From a virus, in the IMG/VR virus record IMGVR_UViG_3300045988_180307: a stretch of DNA of 43,553 bases, one strand, 5' to 3'. This document shows, piece by piece, positions 35,273-43,539 of this stretch (its first letter is position 1; every line of letters starts with the position of its first letter). A program made the translations under genes and the position numbers. The notes beneath the pieces are model-generated. The model did not search any database, had not been told where the DNA came from, and was given only the letters and a program-made list of their open reading frames with translations.

Positions 35273-35802
35273 AATTGTTCGGTGTTGTTCGCAGTTGTTC
35301 GGTGTTGTACAAAAACAGGGGTCTTATCCTCTCTTTTTCTTGTTAAAGAACCTAAAAACAAGCCTTTCCGGTTATAGGCATTGCGCATCCGATAGTATTT
35401 CTGCCGGACTGTCTCTATGTAGTCAATGTCAATGCCATGCATCTCGCACCAAGCCGCAATTGTCTTGTTCAGCCCCACAGAACTGCTGGTCATATCTCCC
35501 AGTTCAGACCAAAGATTGCGCCGGAACAGGTCTTCGATGGATTCAACCACCGCCTCTTTGGCCAACGGACCCAGGTAATTGTACACTGCCGGATCTTTCG
35601 CCTTGGAATCAGGGATCACAATCGCGACCGTATCATCGGACGGCATTTCGGGTAACTTGTCCGGTGGCAGCTTCTGCAGAAAGCGCCGTATAACCGAGTT
35701 CTCATTGCTCTGTGCCGGAAAACGCACCGGATTGCCCAGCGAATGTGTCAACCACTGAGCCAGGTAATGCTCCAGTTTAATATAAAACACGAAATCTTTC
35801 AT
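35269..35802 (-). CDS. Hypothetical protein, first gene of the morphogenesis operon
   Basis: The likely start is MKDFVFYIKLEHY at 35802. A TATCTTTG box lies between this ATG and the longer track start at 35832. Confidence 0.55.
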   Translation of the reverse strand: MKDFVFYIKLEHYLAQWLTHSLGNPVRFPAQSNENSVIRRFLQKLPPDKLPEMPSDDTVAIVIPDSKAKDPAVYNYLGPLAKEAVVESIEDLFRRNLWSELGDMTSSSVGLNKTIAAWCEMHGIDIDYIETVRQKYYRMRNAYNRKGLFLGSLTRKREDKTPVFVQHRTTANNTEQL

Positions 35803-35819
35803 AATCAAAAGTTTATCTA

Positions 35820-35827
35820 CAAAGATA
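35820..35827 (-). promoter_or_regulatory. Candidate Bacteroides -7 box TATCTTTG for the morphogenesis operon
   Basis: CAAAGATA on the + strand, 18 nt upstream of the ATG at 35802. Confidence 0.35.
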
Positions 35828-36000
35828 CACATTTTCAGCTGTACATAAAAAAGAATAATCTGAAAAATGCGCTTGGAAAAGTACCCTGGGGCAGGATTTC
35901 TTGTATTTTAACAACACGCGTGCATTTGCCCATGAATATATATCGGTACGTTTTTGTTGTATCTTCGGTATAGTTTGATTTGCCCAGAAATTTATGCGTT

Positions 36001-36440
36001 TTTGCAACCCTGCATTTTTCAACAACAACACTCTGTAAACCATTATATTACGAAGACACAAAAACAAAAAAGCATTTTGCAACCGGGTACATAACTTTGT
36101 AATCTTGCATCTTTGCGCCAACCTAATTTAAGCGGTTGCAAACTACAAAAACTTTGCAACCGATCCGCAACCGTTTTTGTAGCCGACTTGAAACCGACAT
36201 AACCCCCTATTTCTTAATTATTTATCTTTCCTTTCCTATTTTGGGTACAAAGTTGCAAAGTTTTAGTACAAAAAAGGAAAAGAGGACGGAGAAACAGCAA
36301 TCAACCGCCGTCATCGGTTGAAAAATGCAAAGGAACGGTCGGTTATGTATCTTTACATGATGCAGGAAGAATAGAAAAAGGGCGTGTATGTTCCATAACC
36401 GAACATACACGCCCATAGGCACAGTAATACAAGGTTGCAA
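36001..36440. repeat. Iteron cluster: TTGCAACC / GGTTGCAA in both orientations, with nested inverted repeats (candidate origin or regulatory hub)
   Basis: Exact 8-mers at 36002-36009, 36077-36084, 36134-36141 (inverted), 36154-36161 and 36433-36440 (inverted). Degenerate copies at 36165-36172 and 36252-36258. GGTTGCAAA-N10-TTTGCAACC and CTACAAAAAC...GTTTTTGTAG (36143-36152 / 36173-36182) are perfect inverted repeats. Confidence 0.8.
36375..36414 (-). terminator. Intrinsic terminator ending the early/replication operon
   Basis: GGGCGTGTATGTTC-cataacc-GAACATACACGCCC is a perfect 14-bp stem, followed on the minus strand by TTTTT (36375-36379). It lies 27 nt after the stop at 36441. Confidence 0.8.
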
Positions 36441-36743
36441 TTATCCAAGTCTTTTTTTGCGGGGGCGGGGGAAAAGCTCCGTCCGACGAATTTTGGTATA
36501 GTCAGCATTGAGATCGTAACATCGCCAATGCCCTTCGCTGCGCATGAATTCGCCAACGGTGACGAGCATCCAGCGCAGCTTCTCTCCATCAGCCCTCAGG
36601 TTCATGCGCTGCCCAGGCTGCATCTCGGCCAGGAAGTTATATAGCTTCAGCATGTATTTTGATGCCTCTTTGTCGGTCATCAACGCATGAACATATTCGT
36701 CTGAGTGCTTAATGAGGTCAGAACGGATCTCCGGAGTCATCAT
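36441..36743 (-). CDS. Hypothetical protein
   Basis: 100-aa ORF that overlaps the primase-helicase stop region. Confidence 0.55.
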   Translation of the reverse strand: MMTPEIRSDLIKHSDEYVHALMTDKEASKYMLKLYNFLAEMQPGQRMNLRADGEKLRWMLVTVGEFMRSEGHWRCYDLNADYTKIRRTELFPRPRKKRLG

Positions 36744-39576
36744 CTTCTATGTTTGCATTAAAGTTAAGCTCGTCAATGGTGCTTCCAACCGACTGAAGGT
36801 ATATCATATCTTCACTCTTGCCGTCAACCTTGCGCGTGATACGGTCGGAACCGTTGCGCATACTCTCCGGATTCAAGGTTTGAACATAAGGACATAAGGC
36901 TGCAAAGCCCTTGAGCGCCTTGGTAAACCTCTGCATAGACCAAAATGTATTTGTCACCTTTGCGAAATCCTTGAAGTCATCGTATGCCTTTTTGCGGACA
37001 ATCAACCTGTCTAAGTTACCACTGTCCTTTGCAAAGTAAGTATTCGCCCACGCCTCGAAATTGTCGCCCATATCCGCCTTGTGCTTGCGCTTCATGATGT
37101 TACCCATGGGCGGTTGTATCTTAATACCGGAATGGACGGTGCTCAGATAGAACTGAAGGCAGCGGGCAAAGAAATTCAAGTCGGCATTCCACTCTGATTC
37201 TGTATAATCCGTTTGAGAAAAGAGATTTTTGCCGAAATCATCATAGATTGAACGAGTCTCCAAGTAATCGTTTTCATCGGTTTTTTGGTGGTAATAATCA
37301 GAAAATACCGTATATATCAACCGGGCATCTGAACTGGAGTCGAAGTTACCCGGCACGTAATTCGTGCTGAAAGCGAACTTCGGGCTGCTCTCAAACTCGA
37401 TATAGAAAGAATGGTTGTTTTTCGGGTTGACAGTCATACCTCCTGTGATACTGTCGTAAAACAAACCGGTATCCAAGTAACGGTGACAGTCATCAACGAT
37501 GATGAAGTCGGTGTGCTGGTTGACTTGCTCAAACACGTGGTTATTATCCATCAGTTTCGGATTTCGTCCGGACAAGACTACAGTACGAAGAAACTGTTTC
37601 AGGGAAGTCAGGAAAAAGGACTTGCCCGAACGCCCATTGCACTGCCCCTCTTCGCCAATCTTGTTGTCCATGGCATACACCGCCCATGCCCGTGAGGGCG
37701 ACTTGTAGCGGTGCAGGTTATAGCCAACCGCGAAGATCTTATTCACGAAATTCTGCTTTTGTTCATGAATCTCTTCGGCACTGAGTAATGGACCGGCCAA
37801 GTCGAATTTATGCTCCGCCCGGTAGGCGGCCGCCTGGTCCTGGTCTTTGTCCGCCCACAGTTCTTCTAACTCCTTGCGCCAATGAACACGGCTGGAGTTG
37901 ATAAGATAATCCATGTAGTGACTGTCATGTGGGTTGACGGTTACATCCCAACTCCCATCAGCTGCCCGTTTGATCGTGAAAGGCTCCGGCAGCACTTTCA
38001 CCTTGTGAGGGATGATGTTGTTCGTCCAAACGTACACACCACCTGCCTCTTTGACCTCTTCTATGCCGGAACCTGTAATCTTCCAGTTCACATTGTCGAA
38101 GAACATGGTCTGGCTGTTGAACGTGTGTGCGGTGAAATTCAGGTCAATCTCATCGAGCATAGACAAGCCGCTGCCTCCAACACGAGGAGAATCCAGAATC
38201 AGATTGCGTATATCGACAGGCAGGAACCGACGCATAGCGTCACTCTTCAGGAACGACACAATATCGCCAGCCTTGATCTCGCTGACCTTGAATCTGTCCA
38301 CATGCACATAGCGGGGCGTATCGCTATTATCATCCTTCAGAATGTAATAGCCGTTCAGTCTGAGAAAATAATGCAGGTATGACGAGTTGACCGTATAGGT
38401 CTTGTTGCCGTTGCGCTGCCCGATTTTCTCCTCCCAGTACTGGGCAGGCATAGCCAGTGCCAGCAAGTTGCGGAAATCCTCATTGGACGGGTGCAGTTCT
38501 ACATAATCACGGAAGTCCTTGCGCGGCTTGCCCCGGCGGTCACGGTACCGTCCCAAGGATTCGGGCAGCCACACGGTATAAATGTGCAAAAATTCCAAAG
38601 CCAGTTCCGTGCCCCTACGGATGCCTGTACTATCAATGTCGGGGATATTATAGAGACGCTTCACGTATTTCATGATCTCTTTAATTTCATCAGACGTGAT
38701 CTTTTGTGTCTCACTATTGAACCACAAGGGATAATACCCCAACGCCCTGACACACAGCGCATCACGCTCACCTGAGCAGATGAACGCCTCTTCGAGCTTC
38801 TGCGATATGTAAGGCTTGCCCTCATTGGCCGGATCATCAAAAAACTGCGTCTCTTGTGAGGCGTTCCATTTCGCCCAAGCAGCCTTCAGCTCGTACAGCC
38901 CATTGGTATAATACCGGGGTTTGACGCCATCAGGCGTATAGCTAAAACGCCACTGCTTGTCCGGATTCAACGGCTCATAAATCTTGTAGAAAGATTTTTC
39001 GCTCTCCGGCTTGCCGTCCGCTCCGGGAATGACACACTGACGCATCAGAATCGGGTAAGTCGGTGTGGTGTATTTGGTGGTCACCTCGCGGTTCTTGACG
39101 TAGCTGATTGACTTGGCCACATGCCAATGCAACGCATCGCAATGCTCCTGTTTCACACGAGGGCCCAGTATGGCAAGCTGCTCAGGAGTAAACGCTTCTT
39201 CAAGTTCGAAGAACCGGGAACCTTCAGCTTCATCAGCCGAAGCCGGTCTCTTGCGGATATCAGGCTTGTTGACGGAATGCTTCAGTTCGTCGGAAACATT
39301 ATAGCGCGCAGCCAGCAAGACAACGGCCTCGCCAAAACTGACGTGCTCCTCCCTCATGCAAATATCAATCGGGCTGGTAGCCGTTCCCTGGTCACCAAAA
39401 TCGGTCACCTTGTAACAATCACCGTATTTGCGTATGCATGCGGACGCATCGTCTTCGTCCGGACGAATCTTAAATTTCTTACGGTTATCAACACATCCCT
39501 CGGCCTGTGGATAATAATACAGAATGATATCCAGACCATCATGAGAAGCGGCATATATATCTGAAGCTTTTATCAT
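36718..39576 (-). CDS. Bifunctional DNA primase (TOPRIM) / P-loop helicase (D5/P4-like)
   Basis: 952 aa. The central FICSGERDALCVRALGYYPLWFNSE is TOPRIM-like. The C-terminal part has Walker A GQCNGRSGKSFF and Walker B DFIIVDDC. Confidence 0.8.
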   Translation of the reverse strand: MIKASDIYAASHDGLDIILYYYPQAEGCVDNRKKFKIRPDEDDASACIRKYGDCYKVTDFGDQGTATSPIDICMREEHVSFGEAVVLLAARYNVSDELKHSVNKPDIRKRPASADEAEGSRFFELEEAFTPEQLAILGPRVKQEHCDALHWHVAKSISYVKNREVTTKYTTPTYPILMRQCVIPGADGKPESEKSFYKIYEPLNPDKQWRFSYTPDGVKPRYYTNGLYELKAAWAKWNASQETQFFDDPANEGKPYISQKLEEAFICSGERDALCVRALGYYPLWFNSETQKITSDEIKEIMKYVKRLYNIPDIDSTGIRRGTELALEFLHIYTVWLPESLGRYRDRRGKPRKDFRDYVELHPSNEDFRNLLALAMPAQYWEEKIGQRNGNKTYTVNSSYLHYFLRLNGYYILKDDNSDTPRYVHVDRFKVSEIKAGDIVSFLKSDAMRRFLPVDIRNLILDSPRVGGSGLSMLDEIDLNFTAHTFNSQTMFFDNVNWKITGSGIEEVKEAGGVYVWTNNIIPHKVKVLPEPFTIKRAADGSWDVTVNPHDSHYMDYLINSSRVHWRKELEELWADKDQDQAAAYRAEHKFDLAGPLLSAEEIHEQKQNFVNKIFAVGYNLHRYKSPSRAWAVYAMDNKIGEEGQCNGRSGKSFFLTSLKQFLRTVVLSGRNPKLMDNNHVFEQVNQHTDFIIVDDCHRYLDTGLFYDSITGGMTVNPKNNHSFYIEFESSPKFAFSTNYVPGNFDSSSDARLIYTVFSDYYHQKTDENDYLETRSIYDDFGKNLFSQTDYTESEWNADLNFFARCLQFYLSTVHSGIKIQPPMGNIMKRKHKADMGDNFEAWANTYFAKDSGNLDRLIVRKKAYDDFKDFAKVTNTFWSMQRFTKALKGFAALCPYVQTLNPESMRNGSDRITRKVDGKSEDMIYLQSVGSTIDELNFNANIEDDDSGDPF

Positions 39577-39601
39577 AGAGTCTTATATTAGCGGTACAAA
39601 A

Positions 39602-39910
39602 TTACAGAGTTGCATTTTTTTCGGAAAGACCAGCCTCTCCCCCTGCCTTTAGGGGAATGTCATAGTCTCTCTTGCGAATGTTATGTGTGCCTGCATAGCA
39701 GCGTCCGTATCCGTCCCAAAACACGCGCCTGTCGGTCGGAATCCGGCACATCACTCCATTCACCAGTTTTCGCTTGAGCACACGAATGGCACCTGTCACC
39801 TTGCGGACCTCGCCGGAATGGTCGGTAAGAAAGAACCGGAAGAAGGACACCCCCTCGGGTTGTGCCAGCTCCCATTCCCGGATAGTATATAGTCTGTATT
39901 GATTCATCAT
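39602..39910 (-). CDS. Hypothetical protein
   Basis: 102-aa ORF. Confidence 0.5.
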   Translation of the reverse strand: MMNQYRLYTIREWELAQPEGVSFFRFFLTDHSGEVRKVTGAIRVLKRKLVNGVMCRIPTDRRVFWDGYGRCYAGTHNIRKRDYDIPLKAGGEAGLSEKNATL

Positions 39911-39936
39911 CAGAACTTTGTTTTTAGCGATTTGAA

Positions 39937-40623
39937 TTATAACATTTCCAGAATCTCATCATAGGTTATTTGCCCTTTTCGCCTTTCCGGTGTCCCGACC
40001 AATGCCATACGTTCCCTTTTCCTTTCACAGAAATAGCTGCGTACACACCGGCGGAGATAATTGTAAGGATCAATTGTGAACAGTTTCTTTTCACACACAC
40101 CTGATATTACACGGGTGATGATACTTTGCCATGCTTCCTTTATAACATCCTGGCTGTTAGTGAATCCTCCTGAATACATATAGCCTTTGATCTTTGATTC
40201 GTAAGTGGTAAAGGCTGATGTCATTTCCTCCATATCACTTTTTTCATAAAAGTCTATCATAACTTCGGCTATACGGACAGCCTCGCGATAGCGTTGGACC
40301 AGATCTCTTTGGGAAGAACTGTGTCTGAAAGGTATTATAACTTTCTTGCAATAATCCCCGCGTGTCATCAGAACCGGTTTGCTATCTTCCGTCATAATGA
40401 CTATCCCTTTTATGGAATCAGGGGATACCTCATGCTCAACCGCATACAGGAGCCTGCCTAAAGTGAACCGATACATACGCTTCTGTTTTCTTAGCAAGTA
40501 ACGTCCATCAGAACCGGGTCTTATCAGTCTTCCGGTGTTGGTGTTCCATAATTCACCATTCCTGCTTATCTCATAGTGAAATCCATGAATAAGATACCGT
40601 TGATTTTTATCTAGTGTATTCAT
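39937..40623 (-). CDS. Hypothetical protein with a NUMOD4/HNH_3-like N-terminal module (catalytic His apparently absent)
   Basis: 228 aa. YLIHGFHYEISRNGELWNTNTGRLIRPGSDGRYLLRKQKRMYRFTLGRLLYAV resembles NUMOD4 plus a degenerate HNH_3, with LGRLLYAV in place of vHRLVa. Confidence 0.45.
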   Translation of the reverse strand: MNTLDKNQRYLIHGFHYEISRNGELWNTNTGRLIRPGSDGRYLLRKQKRMYRFTLGRLLYAVEHEVSPDSIKGIVIMTEDSKPVLMTRGDYCKKVIIPFRHSSSQRDLVQRYREAVRIAEVMIDFYEKSDMEEMTSAFTTYESKIKGYMYSGGFTNSQDVIKEAWQSIITRVISGVCEKKLFTIDPYNYLRRCVRSYFCERKRERMALVGTPERRKGQITYDEILEML

Positions 40624-40640
40624 TTTGGTTTAGTTTTGAA

Positions 40641-40790
40641 TTAAAGTACAAAGCATTTCACCTTGTAAAACAATCTACCTGGTGAACTCATGGCATAAAC
40701 GTCTCCGTTGGCAAATTCAATTTTATTGCCTGTGCAGTTGATTATTCTATTATCTTCACTCTCCAATTTAAGAACCTCTTCTTTTGTCAT
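40641..40790 (-). CDS. Small hypothetical protein (49 aa, MTKEEVLKLESEDNR...)
   Basis: Not in the track. Its ATG overlaps the upstream TGA (ATATGA). Confidence 0.4.
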   Translation of the reverse strand: MTKEEVLKLESEDNRIINCTGNKIEFANGDVYAMSSPGRLFYKVKCFVL

Positions 40791-41020
40791 ATTTCATCCT
40801 CCTCTATTTCAAGTAAGACATTAAGTTCCACACTATCCGTAAATCCATCATCAGGATATACAGTTTCTTTTTCTACATATTCAATCCCGTGAACACGTAT
40901 AAATTTAGCGTTCTCTTCATCCTAGTTTGATTCTGTTCTATCTGTGAGCATAAATACATTGGCTGATTTAGGCATTTTTTTAAGCTTTTCTATAAGCTCT
41001 CCAACAGTTAATGTTTTCAT
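40787..41020 (-). pseudogene. Small gene interrupted by a single in-frame TAG (32 aa + TAG + 44 aa)
   Basis: Hand translation: MKTLTVGELIEKLKKMPKSANVFMLTDRTESN-TAG-DEENAKFIRVHGIEYVEKETVYPDDGFTDSVELNVLLEIEEDEI-TGA. The second half has no in-frame ATG and ends in an ATGA overlap with the next gene. Confidence 0.45.
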
Positions 41021-41045
41021 AATTTTATTCCTTTTTAATTTAATA

Positions 41046-41264
41046 TTAATCATCTTCAACGAAAGTGTTAGTCGTGTTTATCACACCAGCAGAATCAACG
41101 CTCTTACCATCCCGGATAAACACTTTTTCTCGCATTAACTCTTCATAGTCATATCGTGACATTCCGATTACACACACACGACCATCAACATACAATTTAC
41201 ATTTCATTAATTCAGTTTCTTCTATCGGACCGATAACATCTATTTGAATTGTTCTTTTATTCAT
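41046..41264 (-). CDS. Small hypothetical protein
   Basis: 72-aa ORF. Confidence 0.5.
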   Translation of the reverse strand: MNKRTIQIDVIGPIEETELMKCKLYVDGRVCVIGMSRYDYEELMREKVFIRDGKSVDSAGVINTTNTFVEDD

Positions 41265-41289
41265 AATTCATTCCTTTCTAAATTAATTA

Positions 41290-41772
41290 TTAGTTAATTG
41301 GCAGTTTCATAAAACACATCCACATAGTCTTTCCATGTCTTCCAGTAGTATGGCCGAAGAGTGGTTGCCGATTGATGGCACTCAATACTTCCCTAACTGT
41401 TATCTGATCCTCATTCCATTTGAAAATCAGAACTCCGTAGTCATCCAGAACACGAAAGCATTCATCAATTCCCTTTTTTATCACCCTTGGCCAATCTTCA
41501 GGAAGTTTACCATACTTCTTGGCTAACCAACTATTTTTGCCAACCTTTAGCAAATGGGGTGGATCAAACACTACCAGTTTAAAGGATTTATCCAAAAACG
41601 GCATATCGGTAAAGTCCGATACGATGTCTGGGTGGACTTTCAGATTCCGCCCATCACAAAGAATGTATTCTTCGTCCCTAATGTCAGCAAACAAAGCCAA
41701 AGGGTTTTTTTTGTCAAACCAAAACATCCTACTGCCACAACAGGCATCTAATATTATTTTTGTTTCACTCAT
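41290..41772 (-). CDS. Small SAM-dependent DNA methyltransferase (DPPH motif; N6-A or N4-C type)
   Basis: The likely start is MSETKII at 41772. Motif I is ILDACCGSRMFWF, motif IV is VVFDPPHL, followed by RVLDDYGVLIFKW. Confidence 0.65.
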   Translation of the reverse strand: MSETKIILDACCGSRMFWFDKKNPLALFADIRDEEYILCDGRNLKVHPDIVSDFTDMPFLDKSFKLVVFDPPHLLKVGKNSWLAKKYGKLPEDWPRVIKKGIDECFRVLDDYGVLIFKWNEDQITVREVLSAINRQPLFGHTTGRHGKTMWMCFMKLPIN

Positions 41773-41789
41773 TTCTATTCCGTTTCGAA

Positions 41790-42011
41790 TCAAACTATAC
41801 CAACCCACTCATTAATCGTAGTATTCAAAGCCCCCATAACAAACATCTTGTCACTTTCATCATACTCCATCAGCACCTCCACCATCCGGTCACCATTACA
41901 ATCATCGAATTCTTTTCCCGTCTGAATATTGACAGGAAGATCATTCTCATGGACTGCTCCAAGCCACGCCTCGAGCAATCCTTTGTTCATTTCCACTTTA
42001 TCACTTTTCAT
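41790..42011 (-). CDS. Small acidic hypothetical protein
   Basis: 73-aa ORF. Confidence 0.5.
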   Translation of the reverse strand: MKSDKVEMNKGLLEAWLGAVHENDLPVNIQTGKEFDDCNGDRMVEVLMEYDESDKMFVMGALNTTINEWVGIV

Positions 42012-42016
42012 AATCT

Positions 42017-42577
42017 TTATTTCATTTGATTTTGATGCCAGTAGGCAATCAACTCGCCCACGTTACGCACCTTGATTTTTGCTTTAATATTTTCTCTATG
42101 CCGATTAACGGTACAAGGTGATATGTGCAATTCTGCTGCGATATCGTCCGTCTGGTAATTGGATGCTATTAACCGAAACACTTCCATCTCACGTTCTGTC
42201 AATGAAGTATTCAACTCAGGACGACATATTACCCCCTCATGCTCACACTCGCCCCGAAGAGGACATTTAACCTCTTCGAAAACAAATAGGCCATCTCTGT
42301 TTATATCTAAATTATGCTGATCATATTCGCCGAAGTTACAGCGTATGAATCGATGAACAACCCGGAATTCATAATACCAACGATTCATTGTACTGCTTGA
42401 ATAAATCTGCATCAAACGGGTATGTGCTTTAGGGTATCGATCTCGAATAACTGATAACATGCACTCTATCGTCGGACGGTTGTTCTCATCCAAAACCACA
42501 GCCGGCCGCCCTAACTCCTTCATCATAACATCCCCTTCGGGCGTGTTGTAGAACTCTATGTTGGCTATCTCATTCAT
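42017..42577 (-). CDS. LuxR/GerE-family HTH transcription regulator with a Cys-containing N-terminal domain
   Basis: The C-terminus LTEREMEVFRLIASNYQTDDIAAELHISPCTVNRHRENIKAKIKVRNVGELIAY is a canonical LuxR-type HTH. The N-terminal ~130 aa (CPLRGECEHEGVIC) is unassigned. The likely start is MNEIANIEF at 42577. Confidence 0.75.
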   Translation of the reverse strand: MNEIANIEFYNTPEGDVMMKELGRPAVVLDENNRPTIECMLSVIRDRYPKAHTRLMQIYSSSTMNRWYYEFRVVHRFIRCNFGEYDQHNLDINRDGLFVFEEVKCPLRGECEHEGVICRPELNTSLTEREMEVFRLIASNYQTDDIAAELHISPCTVNRHRENIKAKIKVRNVGELIAYWHQNQMK

Positions 42578-42773
42578 CTTTAGATGGGAACAATTCTTCA
42601 ACACTCATACCAAGATATTCGGCTATGATTTTTTGCTTAATAGGAGCAGGAGGATTCAACCCGTTTATCCACCTGTACACCGATGCCGGAGTAGAGCACG
42701 TGATTTCTGCTAACTTTTTAATAGTATCCATCTGCTGATTCGGCAAGCTCTTCATGTAGTCTGTAAATACCAT
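42570..42773 (-). CDS. Cro-like HTH protein
   Basis: 67 aa. IKKLAEITCSTPASVYRWINGLNPP is HTH-like. It is the first gene of the minus-strand early operon and is divergent from the CI-like gene. Confidence 0.65.
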   Translation of the reverse strand: MVFTDYMKSLPNQQMDTIKKLAEITCSTPASVYRWINGLNPPAPIKQKIIAEYLGMSVEELFPSKDE

Positions 42774-42858
42774 AATTGATAAATTATTAAAGTTTTATAT
42801 TCGTTTAATATCTCTTTTTACTAACTTAGCTACGTGAATTTATTAACATGATGCAAAT

Positions 42859-42909
42859 ATGATAACTATATTTATCATATACAAATAGAATGATATTTAT
42901 ATTTATCAT
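42859..42909. promoter_or_regulatory. Two 20-bp operator-like palindromes (ATGATAA-N6-TTATCAT type) in the CI/Cro intergenic region
   Basis: ATGATAACTATATTTATCAT at 42859-42878 (9 of 10 symmetric) and ATGATATTTATATTTATCAT at 42890-42909 (8 of 10). Centre-to-centre spacing is 31 bp. Confidence 0.6.
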
Positions 42910-42928
42910 GTTAACTTTTATTATATAT

Positions 42929-43321
42929 ATGATGATAAAGCAACGCTTACTTGACATCTGTGAAGCTCTAAATATATCAGCTAATCAATTTAGCATTGAT
43001 ATAGGTATGAGCAGATCATACATAGCTAATTTAAAAAAGGACATAACAACAGAAGTACTGCTAAATATACATGTCAAATACCCTTCAGTTAATATCATGA
43101 GGATTATTACTGGAGAAGGAGATATCTTGCTCTGCAAACAAAATTTGCAGATTGACAATTCTTTTTTTTTAGAAAAATATAATCAGCTTGAAATCGAAAA
43201 CAAGAAATTGCTTTTGGAAGTGGGAGAACTAAAAGGTGAACTCAAAACAATTAAAAAACATGCCCAAGTGGAAGACAATGCAATATGTGCCGATGCAAGC
43301 GGATCAGATTTGGAGAGATAG
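42929..43321 (+). CDS. CI-like repressor (HTH_XRE-type N-terminus, coiled-coil C-terminus, no S24 peptidase domain)
   Basis: MMIKQRLLDICEALNISANQFSIDIGMSRSYIANLKK is a Cro/C1-type HTH. The C-terminus EKYNQLEIENKKLLLEVGELKGELKTIKK is heptad-like. The track start at 42890 lies inside operator 2, so I prefer ATG 42929 or 42932. Confidence 0.7.
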   Translation: MMIKQRLLDICEALNISANQFSIDIGMSRSYIANLKKDITTEVLLNIHVKYPSVNIMRIITGEGDILLCKQNLQIDNSFFLEKYNQLEIENKKLLLEVGELKGELKTIKKHAQVEDNAICADASGSDLER

Positions 43322-43498
43322 AATATATAGTAAAAAAATATTAATAATCAAAACGATAGGGAACTATATCTATAAAATAAATAGGACATATTTCGGACTC
43401 ACACATATAATTTTAACCCATTTCGGGAATGTATATCGTTGATTTTCAATCACAATCATCTTATAAAAAGACAAATAAGGTCAGGCCTCCGCAACTAG

Positions 43499-43539
43499 AA
43501 AGAGGATAAATGATTGAATCACAATCTTTTATCCTCTTT
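43499..43539. repeat. 12-bp inverted repeat AAAGAGGATAAA / TTTATCCTCTTT flanking a 17-bp spacer, overlapping the right terminal repeat (candidate core-type recombinase sites)
   Basis: Arms at 43499-43510 and 43528-43539. The second arm lies inside the 34-bp repeat. AATCACAATC also occurs twice, at 43447-43456 and 43516-43525. Confidence 0.6.

Noticed and set aside
35813-36589. Four overlapping 60-100-aa ORFs in the region between the replication and head operons
   Set aside because: They overlap one another on both strands, span the iteron repeats and the terminator hairpin, and have odd composition. The region is better explained as non-coding.
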